Origin: a bacterium
GTDB taxonomy: Bacteria; Hinthialibacterota; Hinthialibacteria; Hinthialibacterales; Hinthialibacteraceae
Direction: 5' to 3'
Assembly (NCBI GenBank): GCA_963663405.2
Contig: CAXXSM010000020.1
Span: forward strand, 1 to 18,824
Length of the DNA: 18,824 nt
Of the stretch, positions 1-9,680 are shown piece after piece. Within the stretch, counting starts at the first letter, position 1. Each line of letters starts with the position of its first letter. The notes beneath the pieces were generated by a model. That model was not told the DNA's origin and made no database searches. It saw only the letters and a program-made list of their open reading frames with translations. Made by a program: the position numbers and the translations under genes.

Positions 1-3000
1 TTGCAGTTCCTCAACGGCGCCTTTGAAAACACCGTGCGCGATTGCGAAATCAAAAATAACAAAGGTCATGGTGTATTCATCGACGGACAAGAAACAAACG
101 CCAATCAATTTGTATCGAATGACATTACTTCATTTAACAAAATCACAACAATCATAAAGACGGGATACACATACAAAATGGGGCTCATCGCACGGATGTC
201 ATAGGATGTCATATTGGCGGGAACCTAGGCAATGGGATTACAATCATAGGCCCGAACAGTGATTCTAATACCATCCAAAGCAACCGGATCGGAGCCAATA
301 TGGATTATCCCAATATGAAAGATCTATCCTTCACAGCGAACGATGGCATCGGCATCCTTCTACAAAACAGCAACCACAATCAAGTTTATTACAATTTACT
401 CGGTGTCAACAAAAAAGGAGGAATCCGCGTTGAAGATTCACAAGCGGATGCCGGGAATGATGCGCCGGCGCTTGATTTAGAAGGCAATTATGTAGGATTT
501 GCGCTTTTCCCCGGAGAGTCCTTTAGTGGATCATCCAATGAATTTGACGTCGTTGTTGACAAGAATGAGACGGCTGGAACGGGATCGAACTTCACCGTAG
601 CAGTCATGTTACCGCAACCGGCAACAAGGTCTATGGACATGACGAGGGATTCTTAATTCAAGGAGAACCATCCTCCGATTACGTTATCAATGACACCTGG
701 ATTGGACATTCACGCTATTATGGTTTGCAAATCGCTAAAACGAAGAATGTTGTTGTCGAAGGGATAAACTCGTTTAACAATAATTATGATGGGATTTATA
801 TCCTAGGCTCGCAAAACGTTGCAATCATGGATCAAGACTCTTTTACACAACAAAATCATATGAAAGGTTTGACCATCCATACGAGCAAAGACATCACGAT
901 TAACAACTTGCATATTGAACCGGAAAATCAACAAGGTGGAGTGTCCGTGTTTCAATCGGAGAATGTTACATTAGCAGATTGTACCGTGCTTGAAAATAGT
1001 GGTATAGCGTGCTTTATCTCTGACTCTAAAGACGTTGCGCTCATACGGGGAAATTACGGTGAAAACGAGGGGGATGGATTATTATTGATACATCCAGCTA
1101 TATCACGCTTATGGGAAGTGATATGCGATACGGCCTATTTATCATGAATTGCGCTGGGGATGGAGTGCGAGTAACGAATTCACAAAATATATGTATCGGC
1201 CAGTATGGATGTGGTGTCAATATCGCGGGAAGTGGAAAACACGGGATCTATATCCTTGGTGATGAGACAAAGCATGTTCATGTTGAATCCAGTATGATTA
1301 TGGATAGTGGTGACCGGGGCAATATTGAAATTGCTGCGGGTGACGATATCTGGATCGGCGGTTCTAATGCCAATCAACGGAATAATATCGAATTCCAAAG
1401 CAATGGTGTTGGAGTGCTTGTCCACGGTCAAAACACGAATGCGTATATAATCAATAACTGATCGGCGAACCCATCGAATGGGAATCGGGAACGCGAGAGT
1501 ATGGATGTCTATATGGTATTGTTCTAGAGGGCGCTGCGAGTGCGGTTCTCATACAAGAGAATCTAATCAATGCGAATAAATATAATGGGATACTCCTTCG
1601 GATGACGCAAAATACAATCGCATACACAAAAACACCATTATGGATAATGGTAATCATGGAATTGAAATCGAAGGGCAGGAAACCAAATACAACCGGATCA
1701 CAGAAAACAGCATAACAGATAATGATCAAAAAGGGATTCATCTCTCCTTAGGGAACGAGTCAATCAGCGCGCCAACCATCGATTATTATACCTACACCCT
1801 GGATACGATTCGTGGGTATACCGGCGCTCCTGATGGCAGTGTAGTGGAAGTTTTTTCGGACGATGATGATGAAGGTATGGTATTCTTGGGTAAAAGCAAA
1901 GTCCTATATGGACGCTTTGAAGTGAATGGGTATGGGGCTCAAGGTCTCAATCTCCATGCGACGGTAACTCATCCAAATGGAAACACATCTGAATTCGGGC
2001 CAGCCTACACCCTAGGGGAACAACTCAATCCCTTTGCTTATGTTACCACCAGTTCGGGCAACAAAGACATTAGCCTGTTTGATCCAAACTCGAATCGATC
2101 TTACCGCTTAACATATGACCAGGCGGATGACTATTCTCCGCAATTCTCACCAGATGGAAACGCTATTCTTTATGTGTCCGAGGCCAATGGCAATCCGGAT
2201 TTGTGGTTTATGAAAACGGATGGCGCCGATGCCGCAGTAGCGATCAGCGATCCCAGTCCAGATTATGATCCAAACTGGCGCCAGGATATCGATGATATAT
2301 TATTTGTATCTGAACGAACCGGCAACGCAGAATTATACCGCACAAAACCACCAATGGGTTCATCGGCTGAAATTATATACGACAATGGTGTTTCGGGTGG
2401 AGGGGAGTCTCTGCCAGAGGGCGATGCGTTTGCCGTTCATTTTAATTCGAATGGTGGCCAAGTCAACAGGATATCGTTTTATATTGCGAACAAACCTGCA
2501 GAGTTTACATGGAAACTATTAGGATGGGAGAACGATCAACCATCTACTCACGTATTCGCTGAAGGGAACACAACACCGAATGCGAGCGGATGGCATGTTG
2601 TTTCAATTGAACCCGTTGACGTTCCTGAAGAATTTGCCGTAGCGCTCTATTATCTTAGTTCCCATAGACCTGGTATTGGCTTTGAATTCGGTGATAGTTC
2701 AAGAAGTTTTTACTCAATGGGGCCTTTTTGGTATAACTACTGGCAGCGAATCATGATACGAGCGACGATGGTAATTCCTGAGCCTATACAAATAACAAAT
2801 AATCCTGCGACAGACAGATATCCGGTCTGGTCACCTGATGGCTCAAAAATCGCGTTCTCTTCAGACCGGGACGGAACCATGGATATTTGGCTGATGAACG
2901 CAGATGGATCCAACGAGACCAAATTAACGGATGGCCTTGGGAATAACATCAAACCGGAATGGCCGGTGGATAACAATATAATTTATTTTGTGTCCGACCG

Positions 3001-3796
3001 GGACGGTGATAACGATATCTATCGCATTAACATTGATGGAACCAATTTGATGCCAATAACACAGAACGATGTAAATGACACCGATCCGGTTTTTGATCAA
3101 GATCGTGAGAGCCTATTATTCAGTTCCGATCGAACTGGCGACGGCGAGATTTTTGATCGATCCAGTAGTGGTAAGATAAAACAGCTGACAACGACCCTTC
3201 TGAACTCCACTGAACCGGATGTGGCGCCTATCGGCGTTGCTGTCCCAACAGAATCACAAACTATGCAGACCTTGTCTGCAGCGAAAGAGAAAAATCCAAT
3301 ACCAGCGGGAAACCGTTTTATGTCATCCAAGATCATCGATGCGGAGGAATATATTGCGATTGCTGAATTGTCTACTGCCACGGATAGTGACGTTGAGATC
3401 CCGATATTCGTTTCAAGTCATGAACCCATTGGCAATCTTGAATTCGAATTAGCCTACCAATCGATTGACCTTGGTCTGAATCAATTGCCTTCCGCCCTTT
3501 TGGCGCAACAAGGCATGTATGCGATTAATCCAATCGATTACCCATCAAATTCAAGCCGTTTACGTTTTAACTGGATCAAAGCAGAGGGATTTCATGAAGC
3601 AGGTGATTTTTTGACACTCAATTTCCATGTCGATTCATTTGCTGATGACGCGGAATATCCTATCACTTTCAAAGTACTTAATGTTTATGGATTGGATGAA
3701 AGTAAACTGAATATAGAAAATCTCAATGGTAAGATTATGATTGAAGGCAACGGTACAAATACCAACGTTAACTCATGGATGTTGTATGATCAATAA
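1..3796 (+). CDS. Large secreted/surface protein, 5'-partial: right-handed parallel beta-helix repeats, PD40/TolB-like propeller with inserted beta-sandwich, cohesin-like domain; frameshifted five times in 1-1640
   Basis: ORFs 1..204, 300..656, 725..1147, 1111..1461 and 1640..3796 join into one reading via -1 shifts near 143, 570, 1080, 1458 and 1600. The bridging frames encode typical beta-helix turns (HNNHKDGIHIQNG, GWNGIELHRSSHVT, NANKYNGILL). Downstream are PD40 repeats (SPQFSPDGNAILYVSE, PVWSPDGSKIAFSSDRDG) and a cohesin-like segment (VEIPIFVSS..IGNLEFELAY..LTLNFHV..YPITF) at ~3350-3745. Confidence 0.8.
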
Positions 3797-3944
3797 TTAT
3801 TTAGGGTGTAAGAGAAAAACTCCACAAATATTCACGAAGATAAATCACCGAATACACCCCCCGAAACGGAGAGCATAAAAAGGTGTGGGGCAATTGATCG
3901 GAAGGTATAATGAGGCGATGAAATCATAGTCTCCACGTTACGTT

Positions 3945-4180
3945 TCATATCGCCGTCATTTTTGATGGGCGTCCTCCCTTACGACTTTTTCTTCGAGCAT
4001 TCGCAATGCCTGCCTTCGTGTTCTCAACAATAATTTCTCGTTGAAACTCATCGAACGCCATCGTCATGTGAAAGAACAGTCGTCCCTCTGATGTGCTAGT
4101 GTCGATGTTTTGAGTCAAGACTTTCAGTCCAATTCCGCGTTTTGATCCATTGTCGAAACGCGGGCATATCCAATCAACAT
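3945..4180 (-). pseudogene. Serine recombinase (resolvase/invertase) pseudogene with internal deletion
   Basis: Minus strand from ATG 4180 reads MLIGYARVSTMDQNAELD* (catalytic YARVS motif). An overlapping frame reads KRGIGLKVLTQNIDTSTSEGRLFFHMTMAFDEFQREIIVENTKAGIANARRKSRKGGRPSK, the resolvase helix E and GGRP linker. The middle of the catalytic domain and the HTH are missing. Confidence 0.9.
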
Positions 4181-4287
4181 TGATTTATTCCATAAATGTT
4201 TTGCAAGAGGATTAACTGAACACTTGATTCAGAATAGAGTTTTGGGACATATAAATCAAGGATTATCAGAATCACCTCATCTAATCA

Positions 4288-6384
4288 TTATTCAACATAA
4301 AAATTGACCGTTTCGGGAGCAGGTAATTTTCCAGTGTGTCTACACTCTTCCCAGGCATTATTGATGGTGGTGAACATTTTCCACTGGCGTTGAATCTCCA
4401 TATCCCAAAGCGCTAAGGTTCCTTCTATGTTATATGGTTTATTGTCTCGAAGCCATAGATCTCGATAGGCGCTTTTGAGATTGCCGGTCATGAAAATCAA
4501 ATCGTAGATTCGGCATTTATTGGCTTTCGTAGAAGCGCCCAATTGAATTGCCGCTAATTGAATCTTCTTAGGATCGCCTGAATCACGGGCCGAGTGGTAT
4601 AAACGACTCATTTCCGGTCCGTATTGAAGTTTTAAACCTGTTAAATCGATACGCCGCGCGGCATATTCAATAAAGTCCAAGGTGTCCAGGTTGCGGAACG
4701 GTTTTTGTCGATTACGGTATATGTGTTCCATGGCATTTTCAGCATGTATCCGCATTTCACGAAGTTGAGGTTCCCATTTCAAAATTAGTTTTTGGTTTTC
4801 TTCCGTAAATGGATCAAGCCATGACAGGCGTAATGAACTCCGGGAATAGAGTGATTCGGCGATTAATTGCGCTTCAAGCATTTCGCTATAGATCTTCATG
4901 ATTTCACCCGATGGATCGCGGTGAAACGTCCATGCGAATGCGCGATCGAATGACTCGTCATCAGGAATATCTTGACTCCAACCTGCTGCGGCGCCAAACG
5001 CAAAACCGTAATAATTCAGGCTATAGAGTTCTTCACAAGTATCAATCCATAACGTATTGAGAATGCCATCCGTTCCATATTTTCGTCCTGCGTTCATAAA
5101 ATCACGGATAACCGTCCGCATGCCTTTGAAATTAGGGTAGATTTGCATCCAATTGCGAACCCCCGGACAAACAACAAACGAAAGATGATTGTCCGCGAAC
5201 GGTTTTACCAATGGTGTCCAATCATTACGCTCAAAATAACTCCAACTCATTATGCGCAAGTTTTTTGCAAGTTTTGGGATGATTTCAGGATGATTTAATA
5301 CAATATCTCCCCATACTTCAGGTGTACGGTTTTTCTCGCAGACAATTTGTTGAACCTGTTGAGAGTGAGTTAGATAAATATCCCCAGGATTTTTATCCGG
5401 GAAACGTTCACGACTGCGCCCAGTGCCCAACTCGTATGTTTCATCACCTCCAACATGAATCGATGAAGCGGGAAATGTATCCGTAAGATAATCGACACAA
5501 TCTTTGATAAAATCATTGACCCCCTCGGTTCCTGGCGATAACTCGCCACCATGTGGGATTTCGGCCAGATCAGAGTATTTTTCCATTCGCATTACATTAT
5601 GAAGATGACCGTGAAACTGAACACAGGGCACAATATCGACGTAATGTTGTGCTCCATATGCCACGAGTTCTCGTATTTCATCTGGTGTGTAACGGCCACC
5701 GTGTTCGCCAACCAGTGGATGGCTTGGGTATTCAAGCGTGTCTTCCGAATAAAGATAATACCGATTCAGTTTATATTCTCCCATAACACGGATTATACGT
5801 TTTACCGTTTCCAAATTGGGAATCATACCTTGGCTGGAATCGATCATGACACCACGAATTTTCAGATCAGGACTATCCGATATTTTGACTGCAGGGGCTG
5901 AGTACAAATCGCTATTTTCTTTCGGATGAATCAGTTGAAGAAATGTTTGAGCCGCATAATATAATCCCGCTCCGGATTTCCCTGCTAAAACGACTTTCTT
6001 GGGAGTAATAAATAATAAATAACCTTCATCGCTTTGGGGACGTTTTGCTACTGGAAATTCATCCCATAATCGATCGGCTGTTTGGTCAGTGCTGAGGATA
6101 GATAAAACGATAGAAGTTTGATCTGAAGATTGACTTGATTGAATGATATTCAGTGTTGAGTGTGATAGTTCATTGAACCGATTTTCGAGTAACAACACCG
6201 TATTTTGATAATTCGATTTAAATTGATCAGGAACTACGATTTGAAGAGATGTTGAAAATAGGAATTCACCATCCATTGGTTCGACATAATTGGGTTGAGG
6301 CAGGAGGGGTGAAATCTCGCTTGTGACCGTTGTTGGAAGCAGAAAGAATACCATTAGTAATACGAATAAGTTCAGTAATTTCAT
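4288..6384 (-). CDS. Glycoside hydrolase family 20 (beta-N-acetylhexosaminidase-like), secreted
   Basis: Signal peptide MKLLNLFVLLMVFFLLPTTVTS with AAGGAG upstream of ATG 6384. GH20 domain-2 motifs (LLPQP, EGYLLFIT, GLYYAAQTFLQL, ISDSPDLKIRGVMID) and catalytic HVGGDE motif. Confidence 0.9.
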   Translation of the reverse strand: MKLLNLFVLLMVFFLLPTTVTSEISPLLPQPNYVEPMDGEFLFSTSLQIVVPDQFKSNYQNTVLLLENRFNELSHSTLNIIQSSQSSDQTSIVLSILSTDQTADRLWDEFPVAKRPQSDEGYLLFITPKKVVLAGKSGAGLYYAAQTFLQLIHPKENSDLYSAPAVKISDSPDLKIRGVMIDSSQGMIPNLETVKRIIRVMGEYKLNRYYLYSEDTLEYPSHPLVGEHGGRYTPDEIRELVAYGAQHYVDIVPCVQFHGHLHNVMRMEKYSDLAEIPHGGELSPGTEGVNDFIKDCVDYLTDTFPASSIHVGGDETYELGTGRSRERFPDKNPGDIYLTHSQQVQQIVCEKNRTPEVWGDIVLNHPEIIPKLAKNLRIMSWSYFERNDWTPLVKPFADNHLSFVVCPGVRNWMQIYPNFKGMRTVIRDFMNAGRKYGTDGILNTLWIDTCEELYSLNYYGFAFGAAAGWSQDIPDDESFDRAFAWTFHRDPSGEIMKIYSEMLEAQLIAESLYSRSSLRLSWLDPFTEENQKLILKWEPQLREMRIHAENAMEHIYRNRQKPFRNLDTLDFIEYAARRIDLTGLKLQYGPEMSRLYHSARDSGDPKKIQLAAIQLGASTKANKCRIYDLIFMTGNLKSAYRDLWLRDNKPYNIEGTLALWDMEIQRQWKMFTTINNAWEECRHTGKLPAPETVNFYVE

Positions 6385-6403
6385 CAAAAGTCTCCTTTTT
6401 TTC

Positions 6404-7900
6404 TTATCGTTTATAACCGTCTGCATAATCGGCACGGCAGATGAGTTCGGTCTCTTCCGGATCACGTCCGATTTCCTTAATCAGCATATTGTGCATCTCA
6501 TTTATCTGTTTTTTTCTATCTAATTGGGTGGCAAGATTGACGAATTCTTTGGGATCCACTTGCAGATCATACAATTCGCGTTCGGGGCCGTAATTTTCAT
6601 CCATACGGCAGTGATAAACGTATTTATAATTCCCTGTGCGCAGCATTGTAAAACCGGAAGCGATATTGTGAGCATAATACTCGCTGATGGCGAAATCCTT
6701 CCATTTTGTTTGAGGATCATCGAGCCACGGCGTCAGTGAATCTCCATTCCAATCTTCCGGCGCTTCTGCGCCGCCGATATCTGCGATCGTCTGCACGACA
6801 TCCACGAGAGAACAAGCGCCTGCGCGCCTTTTTCCGCCTTGCCAGCGTTCCGGCCAGCGAACGATGAGGGGTACACGAGCGGCCGCTTGATACATACAAT
6901 TCTTCCACCATAGTCCATGATCGCCTTTGTTTTCACCATGATCGGCGGTGTAGACGACGAGAGTGTTCTGCGCTAGACCCGAACGCTCTAAAGCGGAGAG
7001 CAATTGTCCCAATTGATCGTCGAACCAATTCACAAAGCCCCAATAAAGTTCCCTTCCCATTTTTACTTGTCCGGGAGCCGCGTCTACCACGCCGAATCCC
7101 ATTCGCAGATGTTTATAATTCAACGGCAACCGATTGAGATGACCTTCGGGAATGTCGGGCATGGCGATTTTATCCGAATAACGGTTGGCATATTCCGTTG
7201 GAACGATAAGGGGAAAATGGGGTGAAAGAAATCCCGTGAGGAGGAAAAAGGGCTTATCGTCTTTGCGGCGATTCGTGAGGAATTCAACGCTGTTTTTCGT
7301 GACTAATAAATCGTGCTTCATGACGCTGGACGAATCACCGGTGTGGAAATCGGAAGATCGTTTATTCCAATTATTATGATTGACACTTTCGTCATCCGCC
7401 CGGCGGCGATGGCCCCGGCCAGTTTTTTGGTTTTGATTAGTCGTGGCTGGATACAATTCCTTAAAGCAGTAACGGCGGGAGGGATCATAGTGCATCTTAC
7501 CAGCCAGGAAAGAATCATATCCTGCCGCGTTCATAATTCGAGGCAGGGAAGGATAATCGTCCGTAGGCAGCCAGCAGTCGTTGTTCCAAGCGCCAACACG
7601 ACTGCAATATTTCCCCGATGTAAAACTAAGGCGGGAAGGAACACAGAGAGGAGAATTCGTATAACAATTATCGAAAACAACACCGTTCTGAGCCAGGCAG
7701 TCCAGGTTTGTTGTTTGTGCAATTCGGTCACCGTAACAACCGGAGACGGCAGGATCATGTTCATCTGACATGATGACGAGGATGTTCGGTTTCGCCTTAA
7801 CGCGGGCCGTTATAATACTTGGAAATGTCAGCGCCGCCGTGCTCGCCACCAAGGCGCTAGTGAATTCCCTTCGTTTTATCGTTTGAAATTCATTCGACAT
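6404..7900 (-). CDS. Formylglycine-dependent sulfatase (choline-sulfatase-like S1 family), probable Tat substrate
   Basis: KPNILVIMSDEH, CVPSR (CxPxR) modification motif, AGKMH, PHFP, YTADHGE, ELYDLQVDPKE. Twin-arginine-like KRREF plus hydrophobic stretch after ATG 7900; AGGAG RBS. Confidence 0.92.
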   Translation of the reverse strand: MSNEFQTIKRREFTSALVASTAALTFPSIITARVKAKPNILVIMSDEHDPAVSGCYGDRIAQTTNLDCLAQNGVVFDNCYTNSPLCVPSRLSFTSGKYCSRVGAWNNDCWLPTDDYPSLPRIMNAAGYDSFLAGKMHYDPSRRYCFKELYPATTNQNQKTGRGHRRRADDESVNHNNWNKRSSDFHTGDSSSVMKHDLLVTKNSVEFLTNRRKDDKPFFLLTGFLSPHFPLIVPTEYANRYSDKIAMPDIPEGHLNRLPLNYKHLRMGFGVVDAAPGQVKMGRELYWGFVNWFDDQLGQLLSALERSGLAQNTLVVYTADHGENKGDHGLWWKNCMYQAAARVPLIVRWPERWQGGKRRAGACSLVDVVQTIADIGGAEAPEDWNGDSLTPWLDDPQTKWKDFAISEYYAHNIASGFTMLRTGNYKYVYHCRMDENYGPERELYDLQVDPKEFVNLATQLDRKKQINEMHNMLIKEIGRDPEETELICRADYADGYKR

Positions 7901-8103
7901 ATTTCGTCTCCTAAACAAGAAGGTAACATGAACTAGTATTTCCCATTTAAATTGGTAAGATACATTTTTTTTATTGTCAACCACAAAAAGTATATACTAT
8001 TTCTAGCCAATTTTATTAGAAAATCTAACCAAAGATATTTAAAATCACCAAACGCTAAATAATTAATATCCCGCATATATTCTTTGTTATTATCCAAATA
8101 CGT

Positions 8104-8313
8104 ATTTTTACCTTTGCCGTTTCTTATTCGCCGTTTCTCCTTGTTTTCGTCGATCCGGCTTGCCACCGTTTCCACACGCCTCATCGGCGCCTCCTTACCC
8201 TCCACCGTGAGAACTAGACTCGAGCCCTCCTCTTCCACGATGAGTGTGGGTTGTGCCCGTCAAAATGTATCTACCTCCTGCTCCATGGCGCCGTTCATAT
8301 CTTCCAGACTTTT
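8104..8313 (-). pseudogene. ISKra4-family-like transposase remnant
   Basis: Minus frame reads KSLEDMNGAMEQEVDTF*RAQPTLIVEEEGSSLVLTVEGKEAPMRR..KRRIRNGKGKN, resembling the ISKra4-type segment SLERMN..M..V..F...QP....EEEG..LV...DGKGVPMRR. Internal TGA at 8260-8262; first catalytic D appears replaced by E. Confidence 0.65.
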
Positions 8314-8314
8314 T

Positions 8315-8554
8315 AAACGATTTATGAGAACGATAATAGAAGAGTGTCTGGAAAAAGATACTCTTCTTCGGTAAATTGTCACTTAGAGAGACCATCCAAG
8401 AATTCACTGAACATTATCACCAAGAAAAAAATCATTCGAGCCTTGGAAATCGGTTGATCGAGCTGAAAAAGAAGTAAATCAAACCACAGGCAAGATTGAA
8501 CGCCGGAAGCGACTAGGATGAATGTTCCAGTATCATTATCGAAATTCCGCTTAG
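8315..8554 (+). pseudogene. Integrase-core (rve; IS3/IS481-like) transposase, C-terminal remnant
   Basis: Across two frameshifts and a TGA it reads KRFMRTIIEECLEK/ILFFGKLSLRETIQEFTEHYHQEKNHSSLGNRLIE/EVNQTTGKIERRKRLG*MFQYHYRNSA*, matching the ERF.RSIKEECL...HYH.ERNHQGLGN...RERLGG.L.YY.R.AA C-terminus. Confidence 0.85.
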
Positions 8555-8555
8555 A

Positions 8556-8954
8556 TTAATTGAGAATTCGGATCTTCACGTACTTGGCCAGAGCCTTGTA
8601 GTGTGTCTCGTATTGATAGATATTTGGGTATTCATCTCTTCCCCCGTTAAGAGCGTAGTCATATAAGGGACGTCTTCCGTAATCGAGATTTTCCGTAGGA
8701 CCATTTACAAGCATAAGCAAGGGCTTAAGGAAGAGGATTATACGCTTCCGCTTCAGTTCGTCGGATTCGAGAACAGCTACCATTTTTCCTGCTAATCTCG
8801 CGAATCTCCCTCGACTTGGGTATGGTTCCAGGCCAGCAAAGCGATAATTCTTGCTTTTCAGTAGCCCAGGCACGATCGTACCAATGGGTAGGCCATTAAG
8901 AAATGACTTTAGATCGGCAAGTAGCATTCTTCCTTTTTCGCTTATGTTCTCCAT
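8556..8954 (-). CDS. Hypothetical protein (132 aa)
   Basis: Uninterrupted ORF from ATG 8954 (MENISEKGR...) with AGAGGA upstream and an AT-rich leader; no recognisable domain. Confidence 0.5.
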   Translation of the reverse strand: MENISEKGRMLLADLKSFLNGLPIGTIVPGLLKSKNYRFAGLEPYPSRGRFARLAGKMVAVLESDELKRKRIILFLKPLLMLVNGPTENLDYGRRPLYDYALNGGRDEYPNIYQYETHYKALAKYVKIRILN

Positions 8955-9278
8955 GGGTGTTTCCTCTTTGTAGTTTTGACTACTATCATTTTGGTTAGTA
9001 TCGCATTTTTCTAATCTGATAACCGTATATACTATCATAGATAAAATCTCATGTTTTTTTTACATTTTGATCCTTTAGAGTTTTTTCATCATAACTGAAG
9101 GCTCAAAAGGGCTACAGCAGGTCCATCGCAATACTTACAATGGAATCTATCAGGGGATTCGATTCCTATTTCGAATTTCAATGGCAATCAAGTTATGGCA
9201 GTTGCCGCGAGTCCATTGCGCCTATCCAGAGCCATTCTGGTCGGATGATGATTTTGTATTATCCTCTTTCGCAGCTGA

Positions 9279-9440
9279 GGGATTCTCATGGGCCATTCGG
9301 AGAACGTGTTCGATGAATTCTCGCGATATTGAAGGTCGTCTGATCTTCCGTAGACGCTTTCTATAGTTCCAGTTCAAAACCACATAATCCCGATGTCAGC
9401 GAAGAATCGTATCTGGGTGAAAATTGTCGAGATTTTCTTC
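9279..9440 (-). pseudogene. N-terminal remnant of integrase-core transposase (same family as 8315-8554)
   Basis: Minus strand reads ISTIFT/PDTILR*HRDYVVLNWNYRKRLRKIRRPSISREFIEHVLRMAHENP, matching the family motif TPDTILRWHR.L...KW.Y.....GRP......LVLRMA.ENP. W codon is TGA at 9396-9398, plus one frameshift. Confidence 0.8.
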
Positions 9441-9534
9441 TACACATTTCAATGGTGGATAAAAATAGCGGCGCGCCATGATGGATTGTTGAGGGACCTT
9501 CACACGCGCCGTCAAAGTGCAAAATTCAACAGTA

Positions 9535-9564
9535 ATCTTACCACATTATTCGATGGAGGTTCAA
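9535..9564 (-). promoter_or_regulatory. Putative sigma70-type promoter of array unit 1
   Basis: Minus strand TTGAAC-18 nt-TAAGAT with extended TGn. Confidence 0.5.
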
Positions 9565-9574
9565 GAGTGGGCAT

Positions 9575-9622
9575 AAAAAAGGACGGCGCAGTATTGTTGT
9601 CGGAAAATTTCAATGCGCCGTC
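9575..9622 (-). terminator. Intrinsic-terminator-like hairpin (array unit 2)
   Basis: Perfect 9-bp stem GACGGCGCA/TGCGCCGTC followed by CTTTTTT on the minus strand; the loop is unusually long for a simple terminator. Confidence 0.55.
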
Positions 9623-9650
9623 GATAACATTGAAGGGTCTTGCGGAACTT

Positions 9651-9680
9651 ACTATATCATATTTATCGGGGTAGATTCAA
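9651..9680 (-). promoter_or_regulatory. Putative sigma70-type promoter of array unit 2
   Basis: Minus strand TTGAAT-18 nt-TATAGT with extended TGn; same spacing as unit 1. Confidence 0.55.

Noticed and set aside
194-213. Tandem repeat GGATGTCATA x2
   Set aside because: Only two copies, within the coding frame of the beta-helix protein; likely coincidental.
8084-8374. 96-aa plus-strand ORF as a real gene
   Set aside because: Mostly the antisense of the ISKra4-like remnant joined to the start of the integrase remnant.
9393-9674. 93-aa plus-strand ORF
   Set aside because: Spans a transposase remnant on the opposite strand and the hairpin array; no recognisable protein features.
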